This document shows, in pieces, positions 16,612-26,630 of a DNA stretch of 64,000 nucleotides. The DNA lies in IMG/VR virus record IMGVR_UViG_3300028558_000016, positions 124,001 to 188,000 of that record. One strand, given 5' to 3'. A program made the position numbers and the translations under genes. How positions within the stretch are numbered: position 1 is the first letter of the stretch; every line of letters starts with the position of its first letter. The notes under the pieces were generated by a model. The model saw only the letters and a program-made list of their open reading frames with translations. It searched no databases and was not told where the DNA came from.

Positions 16612-17115
16612 TTATTTTATTTTTACATAATTATAAATTGTGAAATCGTAATTATGTTTTTCGTCTTTTGGAAAGAATTGAGATCTCATTTCCTTCCAAA
16701 TTGATTCATCTATTGAAGGAAATACTGTATCTCCTTCAAACTCCTTGTGAACTTTTGTTATCCACATCTCATCTGCAATATCGATGGTTTGTTTATAAAT
16801 CTCTCCGCCGCCGATGATGAAGCATTCGGTCTCATTCATCAACTTGGCTTCTGTAATCGCAGCCTCAATTGAGTGGACTATTATAGTTCCATCCTGATGA
16901 TATTCCTTGTTGTTTGTTACGATGATGTTGACTCTTCCAGGAAGAGGACGATACTTCTCAGGAATTGATTCGTAATTCTTTCTTCCTGTGATGACGCAAT
17001 GATCAAGAGTTTTCTCCTTGAAGAACTTCATGTCGGCCGGAAGCCTCCACAAAAGTTGATTGTCCTTTCCAATCACGTCATTCTCTGACACTGCTGCAAT
17101 TATAATTATTTTCAT
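16612..17115 (-). CDS. folA: Dihydrofolate reductase
   Basis: IAAVSENDVIGKDNQLLWRLPADMKFFK, ITGRKNYESIP, RPLPGRVN, IIGGGEIY, GDTVFP; start set at the ATGA overlap. Confidence 0.95.
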   Translation of the reverse strand: MKIIIIAAVSENDVIGKDNQLLWRLPADMKFFKEKTLDHCVITGRKNYESIPEKYRPLPGRVNIIVTNNKEYHQDGTIIVHSIEAAITEAKLMNETECFIIGGGEIYKQTIDIADEMWITKVHKEFEGDTVFPSIDESIWKEMRSQFFPKDEKHNYDFTIYNYVKIK

Positions 17116-17399
17116 AAGTTTGGATTTATCCATTGATCAATTTTTAATTTTGCCTCATCGTAATTTCTCTCGCCTATGAAGTAGAAATCTTTAAACTTTC
17201 CATTATACGTTATTACTCCGTCGATTGTTCCGTCTGAATCTCTATAAATGACGCTGAGTTCCTTCATGTTTGGTTCTTTCTTCTCAATATACTCGAGCAC
17301 ATTCTCGATGTCATTGGTGACAGACATGCCTCCACGATTTTCGTCTTCTATGAATAGAATTTTTCCATCTATCTTATATGTAAAACTGCTTCCTCTCAT
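17112..17399 (-). CDS. Hypothetical phage protein
   Basis: 95 aa, GGMSVTNDIENV...IYRDSDG. Confidence 0.7.
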   Translation of the reverse strand: MRGSSFTYKIDGKILFIEDENRGGMSVTNDIENVLEYIEKKEPNMKELSVIYRDSDGTIDGVITYNGKFKDFYFIGERNYDEAKLKIDQWINPNL

Positions 17400-17590
17400 A
17401 ACTTAAGTAATGGTGACAATAAAATAAACACTATCATTGCTAAGAAGAAATACATGAGCACAACCAATAACAAAGTTTGGAGTGGACCTGCATCAAAAGT
17501 TATTTTATTCCAAAAATTAGTCTTAGATATGCGAACAGACAGAAATGCTGGAATAATAAGAGACAAGAAATATGTTATAATAAGAATCAT
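17396..17590 (-). CDS. Small membrane protein
   Basis: Two hydrophobic helices; ATGA overlaps. Confidence 0.6.
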   Translation of the reverse strand: MILIITYFLSLIIPAFLSVRISKTNFWNKITFDAGPLQTLLLVVLMYFFLAMIVFILLSPLLKL

Positions 17591-17985
17591 TTTAAAACAT
17601 CTCCTCTATGAAACATTAACCATTTCTCTCTATTAATCTTGTTTATCGTCTGTCTTCCATCTGGACCTTTTATTATTATCATGTAAGGACCAGGGCCTTT
17701 ATAGGATAATTCTTCTGGATTGAATTCCATTATCTGTCCAGGCGGAAGATTCATCTCTCTTGCTGAATACCAGCCTTTTCCTTCTGGAGCTCTTCTTGCG
17801 ACAACCCTCATTGAGTCTATTATTTTCTTTCTTTGTGAATGCATCGCAAGTGTAAACTTCTTTAGACTGTCTTTCAATTCTTTATTAAAGACATCGTGAA
17901 TGTTTCCAAGAACCTTGTCCTTTGAATGATCGTGTCCGCATGAGACCATCAAAGATATTGCAATCAATAAAACTATTTTCTTCAT
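17587..17985 (-). CDS. Putative lipoprotein
   Basis: MKKIVLLIAISLMVSC lipobox. Confidence 0.65.
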   Translation of the reverse strand: MKKIVLLIAISLMVSCGHDHSKDKVLGNIHDVFNKELKDSLKKFTLAMHSQRKKIIDSMRVVARRAPEGKGWYSAREMNLPPGQIMEFNPEELSYKGPGPYMIIIKGPDGRQTINKINREKWLMFHRGDVLK

Positions 17986-18353
17986 GATTTCTTTTCTTTG
18001 TCCTTTAAATAAAATGAATAAATTTCTTCCACTGTATATTGGTATGTGTGTGTTCTTACATCAAGACCTTGTCCAGGAGCTTGTGGATAATGATAAACCA
18101 AAGGTCGACCAATAGTGTTATCTTCTTTATAATGTTTGAGAGGCTTAACAAAAGTTTTCCAAGTGACGAACGTAGCGAACTCAGTTGCATTTTTCTTCTT
18201 TTCTTCTGCTTCCTCTTTTTCACGTTCACCTGCCACGTTTCCTAACGCTATAGAAAATAAGAACCAAAGTCCAAACCAGGCATTGTCGAAATAAAGTCCA
18301 AGCGTTGCTGAGATAACAACACCCGCTATTGATAGTATTAATAATTTGTTCAT
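17982..18353 (-). CDS. Membrane protein
   Basis: Two N-terminal TM segments. Confidence 0.6.
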   Translation of the reverse strand: MNKLLILSIAGVVISATLGLYFDNAWFGLWFLFSIALGNVAGEREKEEAEEKKKNATEFATFVTWKTFVKPLKHYKEDNTIGRPLVYHYPQAPGQGLDVRTHTYQYTVEEIYSFYLKDKEKKS

Positions 18354-18355
18354 AG

Positions 18356-18637
18356 TTATTGTATTGGATTTACTTCGTATAATTCGTGGCTAATATCATC
18401 GGAATCATCACCCTCATAAGCTGCGAATACAATTCTATCTACGAATTTTTTCTCGCCAGCTTCATCAAGAGGTGGATATTTATTTTTCTTCAAATATTTT
18501 TTATGGCCTTCCAAGGAATCCATTATAAATTTAACCTGTGCTTCCTTCTCATCATTGGCTATCACCAGTGATGAATAATACACATTGCAGTCCTCTCTGG
18601 AACCTCTGTCTGGCGTGAATACTAAAAAATATCTCAT
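18356..18637 (-). CDS. Hypothetical protein
   Basis: First gene of minus block; start uncertain. Confidence 0.55.
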   Translation of the reverse strand: MRYFLVFTPDRGSREDCNVYYSSLVIANDEKEAQVKFIMDSLEGHKKYLKKNKYPPLDEAGEKKFVDRIVFAAYEGDDSDDISHELYEVNPIQ

Positions 18638-18812
18638 AAATTTCCAAATTATTTCCAAAAACTTTCCAATTTCATGGAACAATTGCGTTTCCGTTACGTA
18701 TAACAGGAAGTATCAGAATCGAATTGTTCAGACGTAAATATAAGCAAATTTTCTGAATAGATAATTCCGATCATGTCCTAAAACGTTTAATAACCAGTTA
18801 AAAATAAACAAG

Positions 18813-19937
18813 ATGGCTCGCTTAACAGAAAACACAAGCATTAAGAAAAGAACACAATCGCCTTTAGATAAAGTATTCTGCGACGAACCCTACGCGCAGG
18901 AGTTGTACGAGAAGTACTGCGATTATTTTGAAGGGAAAAAGGTCACATCAAAAGACATGGAGACCGGCGAGATGTGCAAAGCACAAGTAATCTCGATCAA
19001 CGGCAACAAGATCCTTGTTCAAGCCGACAACACGCAAGCAATTTATCTCGATCTTCTAAAGGAAAACAAGTTCCTCGAAAAACAAGGAATAACTGAAAAC
19101 CTTAGAACAGGAATGTTCGTTGACGTTCTCGTCGACGGTTCAGACAAAGGAATGTACACCGGCTCAATGGAGAAGGCATTCAAATCAAAGATCAAGAAGG
19201 AATTAATGGTGGCCTTGAAAAACAAGGACTCAGCATACAAGGTGACTGTCAAGAGCATCAACGAAGGAGGATTCATAGTTGACCTCGGCGGACTCGATTG
19301 CTTCATGCCAGGTTCTTTGGCTGCAGCAAACAAGATCACAAACTTCGAATCAATGCTTGGAAAAGAAATCTACGTAATGGTAGAAAACTTCCTCGAAGCA
19401 TCTGACATGTTTGTGGTATCAAACAAGAAATACATCCAATCGATACTTCCATCAAAAGTAAAAGAACTCGATTTCGGAAATACATACTCAGGAACTGTAA
19501 CAGGCGTAATGGCCTACGGAGCATTCATCGAATGGGACGACATCTTCACTGGACTACTTCACGAAAGCGAAGGAGACAACATCAAGAATCTTAAAGCCGG
19601 AGACGAAATCCAATTCTGGGTTAAAGAGGTAAGAGAAGGTGGAAAAGATATAAGAATAATTCTAACCCAAAAAGGTCCTTCAGCAGAACACAAGCTGTAC
19701 CAAGAATTCAAGGACAAGTACGAAGGAGAAATATTCGCAAATGCAAGAGTAAAAGACATAAAACCTTTCGGAGTCTTCATCGAAATGAAGGACGGAATAG
19801 TCGGAATGCTTTCGCCAAGAGAATTCAAAAAGCTTGGTAAGTTCAAAGAGGAAGACATGGTTGACGTTCACGTTAAACAGGTAGATGTTGGAACTAAAAG
19901 AGTTCACCTTAAAGCATTAACAGACGATGAATCCTAA
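18813..19937 (+). CDS. Ribosomal protein S1-like multi-S1-domain RNA-binding protein
   Basis: About 4 S1 repeats: NEGGFIVDLGGLDCFMPGS, VTGVMAYGAFIE..GLLHESE, VKDIKPFGVFIE..GMLSPRE. Confidence 0.88.
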   Translation: MARLTENTSIKKRTQSPLDKVFCDEPYAQELYEKYCDYFEGKKVTSKDMETGEMCKAQVISINGNKILVQADNTQAIYLDLLKENKFLEKQGITENLRTGMFVDVLVDGSDKGMYTGSMEKAFKSKIKKELMVALKNKDSAYKVTVKSINEGGFIVDLGGLDCFMPGSLAAANKITNFESMLGKEIYVMVENFLEASDMFVVSNKKYIQSILPSKVKELDFGNTYSGTVTGVMAYGAFIEWDDIFTGLLHESEGDNIKNLKAGDEIQFWVKEVREGGKDIRIILTQKGPSAEHKLYQEFKDKYEGEIFANARVKDIKPFGVFIEMKDGIVGMLSPREFKKLGKFKEEDMVDVHVKQVDVGTKRVHLKALTDDES

Positions 19938-20355
19938 AGAAATCTTCGAAAAGAATAAACAGCTGTCCACAATGGACCCTGTTTTCGATCACGTGTTTGA
20001 AGTCGTTTTTCCGATCAGTTTAAGATCGGAAAACGACTATCTCTCGCTGATGTTAAAAAGCGTGGACCTCGCCACTCTAACATTCAATCTGCTTGTTGAT
20101 GAGAATAAAAGAATTATTCCATTAAATGAAATCATCGCTCTCACAAAGACCAAAGACGAAGACCTCAGAGTAGTTCTTTGCAGACAGGACGGCGAGACGA
20201 TTCTTTCTACAATCTATCACAAATGTAAATTTTCAATAAACATAGACTATCTGTTTATTCTAAACAGCGAATCAACTGGAACAAAGGAAATTCTTGTCTA
20301 TTTTGAATATGCAAGCAAAAGCGTTTACGACGAAAACAATAATAAAATATCATAA
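19927..20355 (+). CDS. Possible tail-tube-fold protein
   Basis: PVFDHVFEVVFP, LTFNL, VVLCRQDGETI..TIYHKC, ILVYFEY pattern reminiscent of gp19-like tubes. Confidence 0.35.
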   Translation: MNPKEIFEKNKQLSTMDPVFDHVFEVVFPISLRSENDYLSLMLKSVDLATLTFNLLVDENKRIIPLNEIIALTKTKDEDLRVVLCRQDGETILSTIYHKCKFSINIDYLFILNSESTGTKEILVYFEYASKSVYDENNNKIS

Positions 20356-21015
20356 ATGAATACATCATACGGAAGCATTTGGAACGGCTTCACATCAAAC
20401 AGAACCAAAGAGATTATAAGAGACAACGAGGAAAAAACTTTCATAGGAAAACCTCACATCATCTTGAATCTGATTGACCCAGCCGTCACAGATTTTATAA
20501 ATCCAAACGAATTGTTCAAGACTTTATCTGACAACGAGTTTGCTGATTTTGCTCCAGAAGTAAATCTAATGTTGGCAGATCCTTCTTACCAATTTGCAAT
20601 AATAGAAATGGTTGCTGATGGAATAGACAGCTTTTGGAAATACAAAAAACTTGGTGGGACCTGGATTGAAACAAAGGCTGAAGCATTGAAAAACCTTGAT
20701 GGTCACATCGAGGAAGCATTGTCGAGACTTCAAATAGAAGTTGCAGTCTATTACAACATCGAAGCATTCGGCTCATTCATAAGAACAAGCCCACAGACGA
20801 TTGGAAAGATCACAGGAGAACAAATCAAGACCTGCACGGAATACAGAAATCTTTTGGAATCTTCAAGACCTTATGTAACTAAAAGAATCGAAGATGACTT
20901 AAGACCTCTCATTGACAGCGATGAAGCCAAAATCGAAAACGACATCTACATGTTGAACATCCTGTTGAAGAAATATCCGAACTACAAAGAATTATTAGAC
21001 TCAATTAAACAATAA
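20356..21015 (+). CDS. Hypothetical protein
   Basis: 219 aa ORF, abuts neighbours. Confidence 0.7.
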   Translation: MNTSYGSIWNGFTSNRTKEIIRDNEEKTFIGKPHIILNLIDPAVTDFINPNELFKTLSDNEFADFAPEVNLMLADPSYQFAIIEMVADGIDSFWKYKKLGGTWIETKAEALKNLDGHIEEALSRLQIEVAVYYNIEAFGSFIRTSPQTIGKITGEQIKTCTEYRNLLESSRPYVTKRIEDDLRPLIDSDEAKIENDIYMLNILLKKYPNYKELLDSIKQ

Positions 21016-21392
21016 TGATTGGCGTAACTTCCGAGTCAAAAACATTTCTTGGAATACCTTTGAAAAGAGGGATAACAAGAGAAGTGTTGCTGATCGGAAA
21101 ATACGCATTCAAATTTCCTTCGTTCAGATCATGGTGGCTCTTCCTTGAAGGATTACAGTGCAACATGAACGAGCTTCAAAGACAAAGATGCAGCGAACAC
21201 TTCTGTCCAATCCTGTTTAAACTTCCTGGAGGATTCTTGATAGTCATGCCACGTGCAACTGAGACATCATTGACCGATGATGAATATGAAGAATTCAGAA
21301 AGATTAATGAGCTCCACTGCTACGTGGAAAGAAAGGATTGCAGCTTTGGAATACTAAAAGGAAAATTAACCGCAGTCGATTACGGATCATGA
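21015..21392 (+). CDS. Small kinase-like phage protein
   Basis: GITREV..YAFKFP, LIVMPRA, SFG...AVDYG resemble a reduced kinase fold. Confidence 0.4.
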   Translation: MIGVTSESKTFLGIPLKRGITREVLLIGKYAFKFPSFRSWWLFLEGLQCNMNELQRQRCSEHFCPILFKLPGGFLIVMPRATETSLTDDEYEEFRKINELHCYVERKDCSFGILKGKLTAVDYGS

Positions 21393-21604
21393 TTCAGATT
21401 GGAGACGTCATAATACATCCCAGAGGACACAAAGCAACCATACAATCGTATGATGGATATGAATTGATATTAATCTGGTATGATCCATTATGGGGATTCA
21501 AAAGAGAAACAATACTAAATCCTGACAAATTCATTAAGGAATTTATTAGAAACAAAAGAAAAGACTTGGTCATAGCCATAATAAAAGAGGGGAATGTTTA
21601 TTAA
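21389..21604 (+). CDS. Hypothetical protein (start revised)
   Basis: ATGA overlap, MIQIGDVII. Confidence 0.55.
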   Translation: MIQIGDVIIHPRGHKATIQSYDGYELILIWYDPLWGFKRETILNPDKFIKEFIRNKRKDLVIAIIKEGNVY

Positions 21605-21617
21605 ACATTCCCTTTTT
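21590..21617 (+). terminator. Intrinsic terminator
   Basis: GGGAATGTTTA/TAAACATTCCC hairpin plus T run. Confidence 0.75.
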
Positions 21618-21637
21618 AATTTCAAATATATACGATA

Positions 21638-23062
21638 ATGAACATTCAAGACGAAAAAATATTAGCCGGAGTCGTTCTCGGCTTTGAGTGGGAATTTTAT
21701 TCCAACAAGACCAGACATGAGATTGCTAAGGAAGTAGGATCAATCGTGAAGAAAAAGATCAAGGTCGGCGACATGTATCACTCAGAGACCGAAATTGGTG
21801 ACAACGTTTGGAAGATCGAACCAGATTTCTCAGGTGGAATAAGAATGGTTGAGCTCATCACTGAGCCGATGCCATACCACGAAGCGATTGCAACACTGTT
21901 CAAGGTTTTAACCTGGATGAGAGAGAACGCATGGACAGACGAGAAGTGCGCTTTGCACGCCAACATATCATTTGACAAGTTCAAGCTCACAGACATGAAG
22001 GACAGAATTGAAGCCATCAACAGATTGAAATTCGTTCTTGGATTCGACGAGGATTTCGTTTACGAAAGATTCCCTAAGAGAAAGACTTCCATCTACGCGA
22101 GAAGCATCAACAGCATATTTCCTATTAACAAATTCGTATATGCAGACAACGTCGACACCATACACAAAGAAAATTACGAGCTTCCTTCTGAAAAGTATTT
22201 CGGAATTAACTTCTCGAAACTTGACAAGGAATACCTCGAGATAAGATACATGGGTGGAAGAGGCTATGAGAAGAAAGGTCACGCAGTTAAAGAGATAGTC
22301 GATTACGTTGCACTGTTCACATACAACACCCTTCAAAACAATTACACATACACGGCAGTTGAGGTTTCCAAATTAAAGAATGCAATGAAGGACTACCAAA
22401 AAGTGGTTCAATCTTTTTCTGACATCGACGCATTCTTCTTGAACTATCCAAACATAAGACTCTTCGTGGATCTAAAAGGAGAACGTGAAGTTCTTAAAAC
22501 CTTCTGGACCAAATTAAGAGACCAATTATTCGATTTAATAGTTCGATGCGGAATGAGAAGAGGAATGATCAACTATGACGCTGATGTCGCAAGATACCAG
22601 GTAAAGGATGCCATTCTTCAAAAGGCTTTCCCCATCAGAGGAATGGAAATATTCGATTGCAAGATACATTCAGGAAACATCCTGGAATGCGATCTGTATC
22701 GTTGTGAGATAACTAACGCTCATATTTTAGATTCAAATCTCTATTCAGGAAACAACGTCAAGAAGAGCAAGATCATCAACACGCCATTCCACTCATACAA
22801 CGAATGCAGCGACACTTACATAGACAACAAGAAGCACATCATCAACGGAAAGGTTGAGAGAGGCATCATTCGTTCAGGTGACATCGGTCCAACTGCAAAA
22901 ATCTCAAAAGAGACGGAAGTCATTCAGGCAATCCTGGATGGAAAAGATCACAAGGACACTCCAGGAAAACAAGGTGGTCCATCAAGACAAGGTGGAAAAG
23001 ATAAGGACATGCCAAGAACAAATCCAGGTTTCAAATTCAAGATGCCTCAAAATGAAAAATAG
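21638..23062 (+). CDS. Putative amidoligase (COOH-NH2 ligase type 2) with C-terminal beta-repeat extension
   Basis: GFEWEF, WKIEPDFS, ELITEPM, CALHANIS, KYFGINF, LEIRYMGG. Confidence 0.75.
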   Translation: MNIQDEKILAGVVLGFEWEFYSNKTRHEIAKEVGSIVKKKIKVGDMYHSETEIGDNVWKIEPDFSGGIRMVELITEPMPYHEAIATLFKVLTWMRENAWTDEKCALHANISFDKFKLTDMKDRIEAINRLKFVLGFDEDFVYERFPKRKTSIYARSINSIFPINKFVYADNVDTIHKENYELPSEKYFGINFSKLDKEYLEIRYMGGRGYEKKGHAVKEIVDYVALFTYNTLQNNYTYTAVEVSKLKNAMKDYQKVVQSFSDIDAFFLNYPNIRLFVDLKGEREVLKTFWTKLRDQLFDLIVRCGMRRGMINYDADVARYQVKDAILQKAFPIRGMEIFDCKIHSGNILECDLYRCEITNAHILDSNLYSGNNVKKSKIINTPFHSYNECSDTYIDNKKHIINGKVERGIIRSGDIGPTAKISKETEVIQAILDGKDHKDTPGKQGGPSRQGGKDKDMPRTNPGFKFKMPQNEK

Positions 23063-23411
23063 AATATTCAGATATGAGAACTTTCTAAACGAGGATGAGC
23101 ATCCATCGGTGGATGTTGCTGGAATTGGAAAGGTGAGATTATACTCTGAGATGAACGACTATCACTCTGGGCAATCCTACATGGTCACATACGCATTAGG
23201 ACCAAACGATGATGAGCTTGGACATTGCGACTGGAGCGAGTACAACAAGGAGATAAGCATTGAGATGATGGAAGTTAAGGAGCAATACAGAAGAAAAGGA
23301 ATAGCAAGTCTTTTGATGAACACCATAAAAGAGACCAATCCTGGTCAGAAAATTAATTATGGATATTCAACAGAGGATGGAACAAAATGGCTCCAGAAAT
23401 ACAATATATAG
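23052..23411 (+). CDS. Leader-tagged GNAT acetyltransferase
   Basis: Leader MKNRIFRYENFLNED; motif A EVKEQYRRKGIASLLM; STEDG. Confidence 0.75.
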   Translation: MKNRIFRYENFLNEDEHPSVDVAGIGKVRLYSEMNDYHSGQSYMVTYALGPNDDELGHCDWSEYNKEISIEMMEVKEQYRRKGIASLLMNTIKETNPGQKINYGYSTEDGTKWLQKYNI

Positions 23412-23414
23412 ACC

Positions 23415-23756
23415 ATGAAGCATATTAAATTATTTGAAAATTTTTTAAACGAGGATGAAGACGACTTAACAGGATTAAAAGCTCCTGGAATAAAAGGTCT
23501 TTATTTTAGTCATGGTTCAGATTACGGAGATCATTACGTCGTTGTCACATATAAAAAGCCTTTCTTTGGAAAGGCATTGTTGACTAACGGCGACCATAAA
23601 TTTACGTTCGTTCAAACAGCTAAAAGACCAAGACGCGGAAATTGGTTCGATGAGAACAAAAAAGAAGTAACTGACGAAACTCTTCTTGATGCATTAACGT
23701 ACTTCATCAATGCGCAAGGAGATAAAGAAATAGCATCACTAACATCAGGATCATGA
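23415..23756 (+). CDS. Leader-tagged hypothetical protein
   Basis: MKHIKLFENFLNED. Confidence 0.8.
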   Translation: MKHIKLFENFLNEDEDDLTGLKAPGIKGLYFSHGSDYGDHYVVVTYKKPFFGKALLTNGDHKFTFVQTAKRPRRGNWFDENKKEVTDETLLDALTYFINAQGDKEIASLTSGS

Positions 23757-24103
23757 AGCATATTAAATTATTTGAAAATTTTCTTAACGAGAAGGAATAC
23801 ACCGCTGGTGACAATAAAGAATATGCCAAGTATTTGATGGATGCTTTCAAAGATGACGATTCCAATGATACAAACAATGCGCATTTCAAGGAAGTAAAAC
23901 GATATTACGAAACAGGACATTATGGTTCAGAGTCTTCCAATAAAGGAAAAGACATGAGACCTAAAGAAGTTCAAATAGCTGGAGATAAATTTTGGCTAAC
24001 GGAAAAATACAAGGATCTCAAAAGAACGATGTCCTTATATGGAGCACGTGAAATAGACCTTTTGAGTTACGAAGAATATTTTAAAGAACACCGCTTATCA
24101 TAA
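23753..24103 (+). CDS. Leader-tagged hypothetical protein
   Basis: MKHIKLFENFLNEK; first 30 nt identical to 23415 gene. Confidence 0.8.
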   Translation: MKHIKLFENFLNEKEYTAGDNKEYAKYLMDAFKDDDSNDTNNAHFKEVKRYYETGHYGSESSNKGKDMRPKEVQIAGDKFWLTEKYKDLKRTMSLYGAREIDLLSYEEYFKEHRLS

Positions 24104-24119
24104 AACAAAGTTTGATACA

Positions 24120-24851
24120 ATGACAGAGAAAGCAATGATACAAGAAATTCAGAACGAGATACAATTATCTTGTGCTTTACCTTATGCCTTACCAGAGGCT
24201 GAAGTGAAGAGGATCATTAACAGAGCAAAGGAATGGTTTTGGGTAAACTACCAATGGGCAGTTGAAGAAAAGCTCATGGCAATTCCAAAAGAAGTATTTG
24301 AGCACGAGAGCTTTAGAAACACAAGATTGATTCAGCTTCCAGATTGCATCGTCTCTGTTTACGAATTTAAAGAAGTAACCGGAATAGGTTTGATAGGAAC
24401 TCCAGACAGAGACTTCTCAGATTCCAAATTATTAGGAGCTGAAATATTTTTATCTCCTTTCCAAGGAGACAACCTCGTTTACAGAACAGCAATGTACTCT
24501 TATTTCGATTTGGCCAAAGCTTACTTGCTTGAGACCATCGCATACAAATACAATAGAAACACAAAGAGAATGTCTGTGCTTGGAAGAAATCCATTCAGAG
24601 ATACTTTCATAAGAGTTGCAACAAAGATTCCAGATGAGACTTTATATGATGACGAAATCTTCGTGAGATATTGTTTGGCTCAGGCTAAGATTAATCTTGG
24701 TAGAATCTTACAGTTATTTAATTACAATTTGCCTGGAGGAATTCAAGTGAACTTTGATACAACAAAACAAGATGGTCTTTCAGAAATGGAAGCAATCAAG
24801 GCACAGATCGATGGTGAAAACACCGCAGACTGGTTTATCCAATGGAACTAA
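24120..24851 (+). CDS. Neck / head-tail adaptor protein (T4 gp13-like)
   Basis: YCLAQAKINLGRIL....NLPGGIQVNFD....G..EMEAIK resembles the gp13 C-terminal motif. Confidence 0.75.
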   Translation: MTEKAMIQEIQNEIQLSCALPYALPEAEVKRIINRAKEWFWVNYQWAVEEKLMAIPKEVFEHESFRNTRLIQLPDCIVSVYEFKEVTGIGLIGTPDRDFSDSKLLGAEIFLSPFQGDNLVYRTAMYSYFDLAKAYLLETIAYKYNRNTKRMSVLGRNPFRDTFIRVATKIPDETLYDDEIFVRYCLAQAKINLGRILQLFNYNLPGGIQVNFDTTKQDGLSEMEAIKAQIDGENTADWFIQWN

Positions 24852-24858
24852 TAATAAT

Positions 24859-25320
24859 ATGAAAAGACTAAAAACATACGCTGAACTCAACGAGAAGTTC
24901 AAATTCTCTGGAACATGCGATGGACCATTATGCGCCATCATTCCTTCTCTTGAAAAGATCGGAGACCTTGTGGATCACCAAGACACTCCTCAAGACCTCT
25001 TAAAAATGCAGGCTGAGACTAACAAGATCTTGGCAATGATCAACGCTGAAATAAAGGCAACAATCAACACACATTCTGAAGATGGTATTGATTGGGAAAA
25101 AGCTCCTTTGGCTCCTGTATTCATTTTGAATCTTGCTAAGAAATATCCTCAGCACGAACAAGCATACCACGATCTTTGGTACAAGGCTGTAAAAAGAATG
25201 GAAGAAAAGTTTTCTTACGGTGGAGCAATAGCCATCTTCAAAACATATTGCAAGAGAGAAGAACACAAATTGATGTTGGAAGAACACGATTATGGTCAGG
25301 ACGATACTATTATTGATTAA
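24859..25320 (+). CDS. Leader-tagged hypothetical protein (start revised)
   Basis: MKRLKTYAELNEK. Confidence 0.7.
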   Translation: MKRLKTYAELNEKFKFSGTCDGPLCAIIPSLEKIGDLVDHQDTPQDLLKMQAETNKILAMINAEIKATINTHSEDGIDWEKAPLAPVFILNLAKKYPQHEQAYHDLWYKAVKRMEEKFSYGGAIAIFKTYCKREEHKLMLEEHDYGQDDTIID

Positions 25321-25639
25321 CATTCTGTTTGGAGCTGCGATTTTTTCTCAGACTCCACAACAGAAGCAGATAAATGCACAGCAGTTTTATGCGGCAGCAG
25401 GAATTTCTATAATATCGTCAGAGTTATCGTTTCAATTGAACGACAGGATGGGATTGAGCTGTGCAATTGGAATTGGATCTGGACTTGCATACACTGGACT
25501 CAGAAGATTAGCAGACAAGAAATACGATTGCATCACCTCAGGTTGGGGTAACATATTAGGGACTGTTGGAATTGCATGTTACATGGATTTCAGAAAAAGG
25601 AAAAGAAAAGAAATAAAAGACGCATACAAAAAATCATGA
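25292..25639 (+). CDS. Membrane/exported protein
   Basis: Signal peptide plus hydrophobic Gly-rich segments. Confidence 0.55.
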   Translation: MVRTILLLINILFGAAIFSQTPQQKQINAQQFYAAAGISIISSELSFQLNDRMGLSCAIGIGSGLAYTGLRRLADKKYDCITSGWGNILGTVGIACYMDFRKRKRKEIKDAYKKS

Positions 25640-25938
25640 AGCACATTAAGCAGTTAAACCTAAATGAGGCACACGTCGAAAGGATAAAGATGCCAATGGG
25701 CCTTTCTCATAAAGGAGATGCAATATTAGGAACAGATAAGTTCTGGATGGTATATGTTTTTCAATCTCCAGACGGAAAAAGAAGATTCAAGAGCATCAGC
25801 AACGAGGCACAGACGATGCAAAACCTTGTCAACTTGATAAGAGGCGGAACAGAAGCAAATGAAATAGCAGGAATTTTTAAGGACCAGAAAGATGCTCAGG
25901 ATCTTTTTAATGAGCTTAAATATGAACCAGAAAGATAA
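25636..25938 (+). CDS. Leader-tagged hypothetical protein (start revised)
   Basis: MKHIKQLNLNEA; ATGA overlap. Confidence 0.7.
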   Translation: MKHIKQLNLNEAHVERIKMPMGLSHKGDAILGTDKFWMVYVFQSPDGKRRFKSISNEAQTMQNLVNLIRGGTEANEIAGIFKDQKDAQDLFNELKYEPER

Positions 25939-26630
25939 TGAGACTAAAATTATTTGAAGAATTCGACGAAGACTATTTCAAAAAGACATTGGAATACTTA
26001 TTCCTCGATAAAAAATATAAGGCCAAGAGAACCGGTGAAACGGTCTTAAGCATGGGATCAACTAAGTCTTTTCCAAAAGAAGCCGTTGGCAAAACGTTCT
26101 TTGTAGAGAATGGAATTGGTTACGAATTTGAGGTAAAAGTTCTCGACGCTGAGGGCAATGCGAAGTATAGAATGATATATCCGTTTCGCGAACCTCCTTT
26201 GAAAGAATCAGTTGAATACACAAAAGAGAATCCGGTAAACGTGAATTACCCAAGAGTAATTCCTCGTGACCTATTCAATGAGGCAAAGCTTTTAAAATGC
26301 ATTGGAAAAGTAGTTCTTTATATACATGACAACGACATTCCCGAAGGTTTTGGAATGTCCTTGGATGCAAGCGGAAAAAGAAGTATAGAATCACGCGACC
26401 ATGGATTCAGCAGCAAGCCGTTCAAGATCGGACTGATGAATGATGGAAGTTTGACCATCACAAATTTAGAAATATTCATAAATGGTGTTTCTTGTGTTTT
26501 TAAGACAACATATAACAGCAAGTCTAACTGGCCCTTGTTTTTGGAATATGAATTAACCGATTACCCAGTGTTCACAGAAGAAGGAAAGTTCGATGAAGAG
26601 TTTATAGAAATAGCAAAAACGATAAAATGA
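25938..26630 (+). CDS. Leader-tagged two-domain hypothetical protein
   Basis: MRLKLFEEFDED; internal PLKES. Confidence 0.75.
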   Translation: MRLKLFEEFDEDYFKKTLEYLFLDKKYKAKRTGETVLSMGSTKSFPKEAVGKTFFVENGIGYEFEVKVLDAEGNAKYRMIYPFREPPLKESVEYTKENPVNVNYPRVIPRDLFNEAKLLKCIGKVVLYIHDNDIPEGFGMSLDASGKRSIESRDHGFSSKPFKIGLMNDGSLTITNLEIFINGVSCVFKTTYNSKSNWPLFLEYELTDYPVFTEEGKFDEEFIEIAKTIK

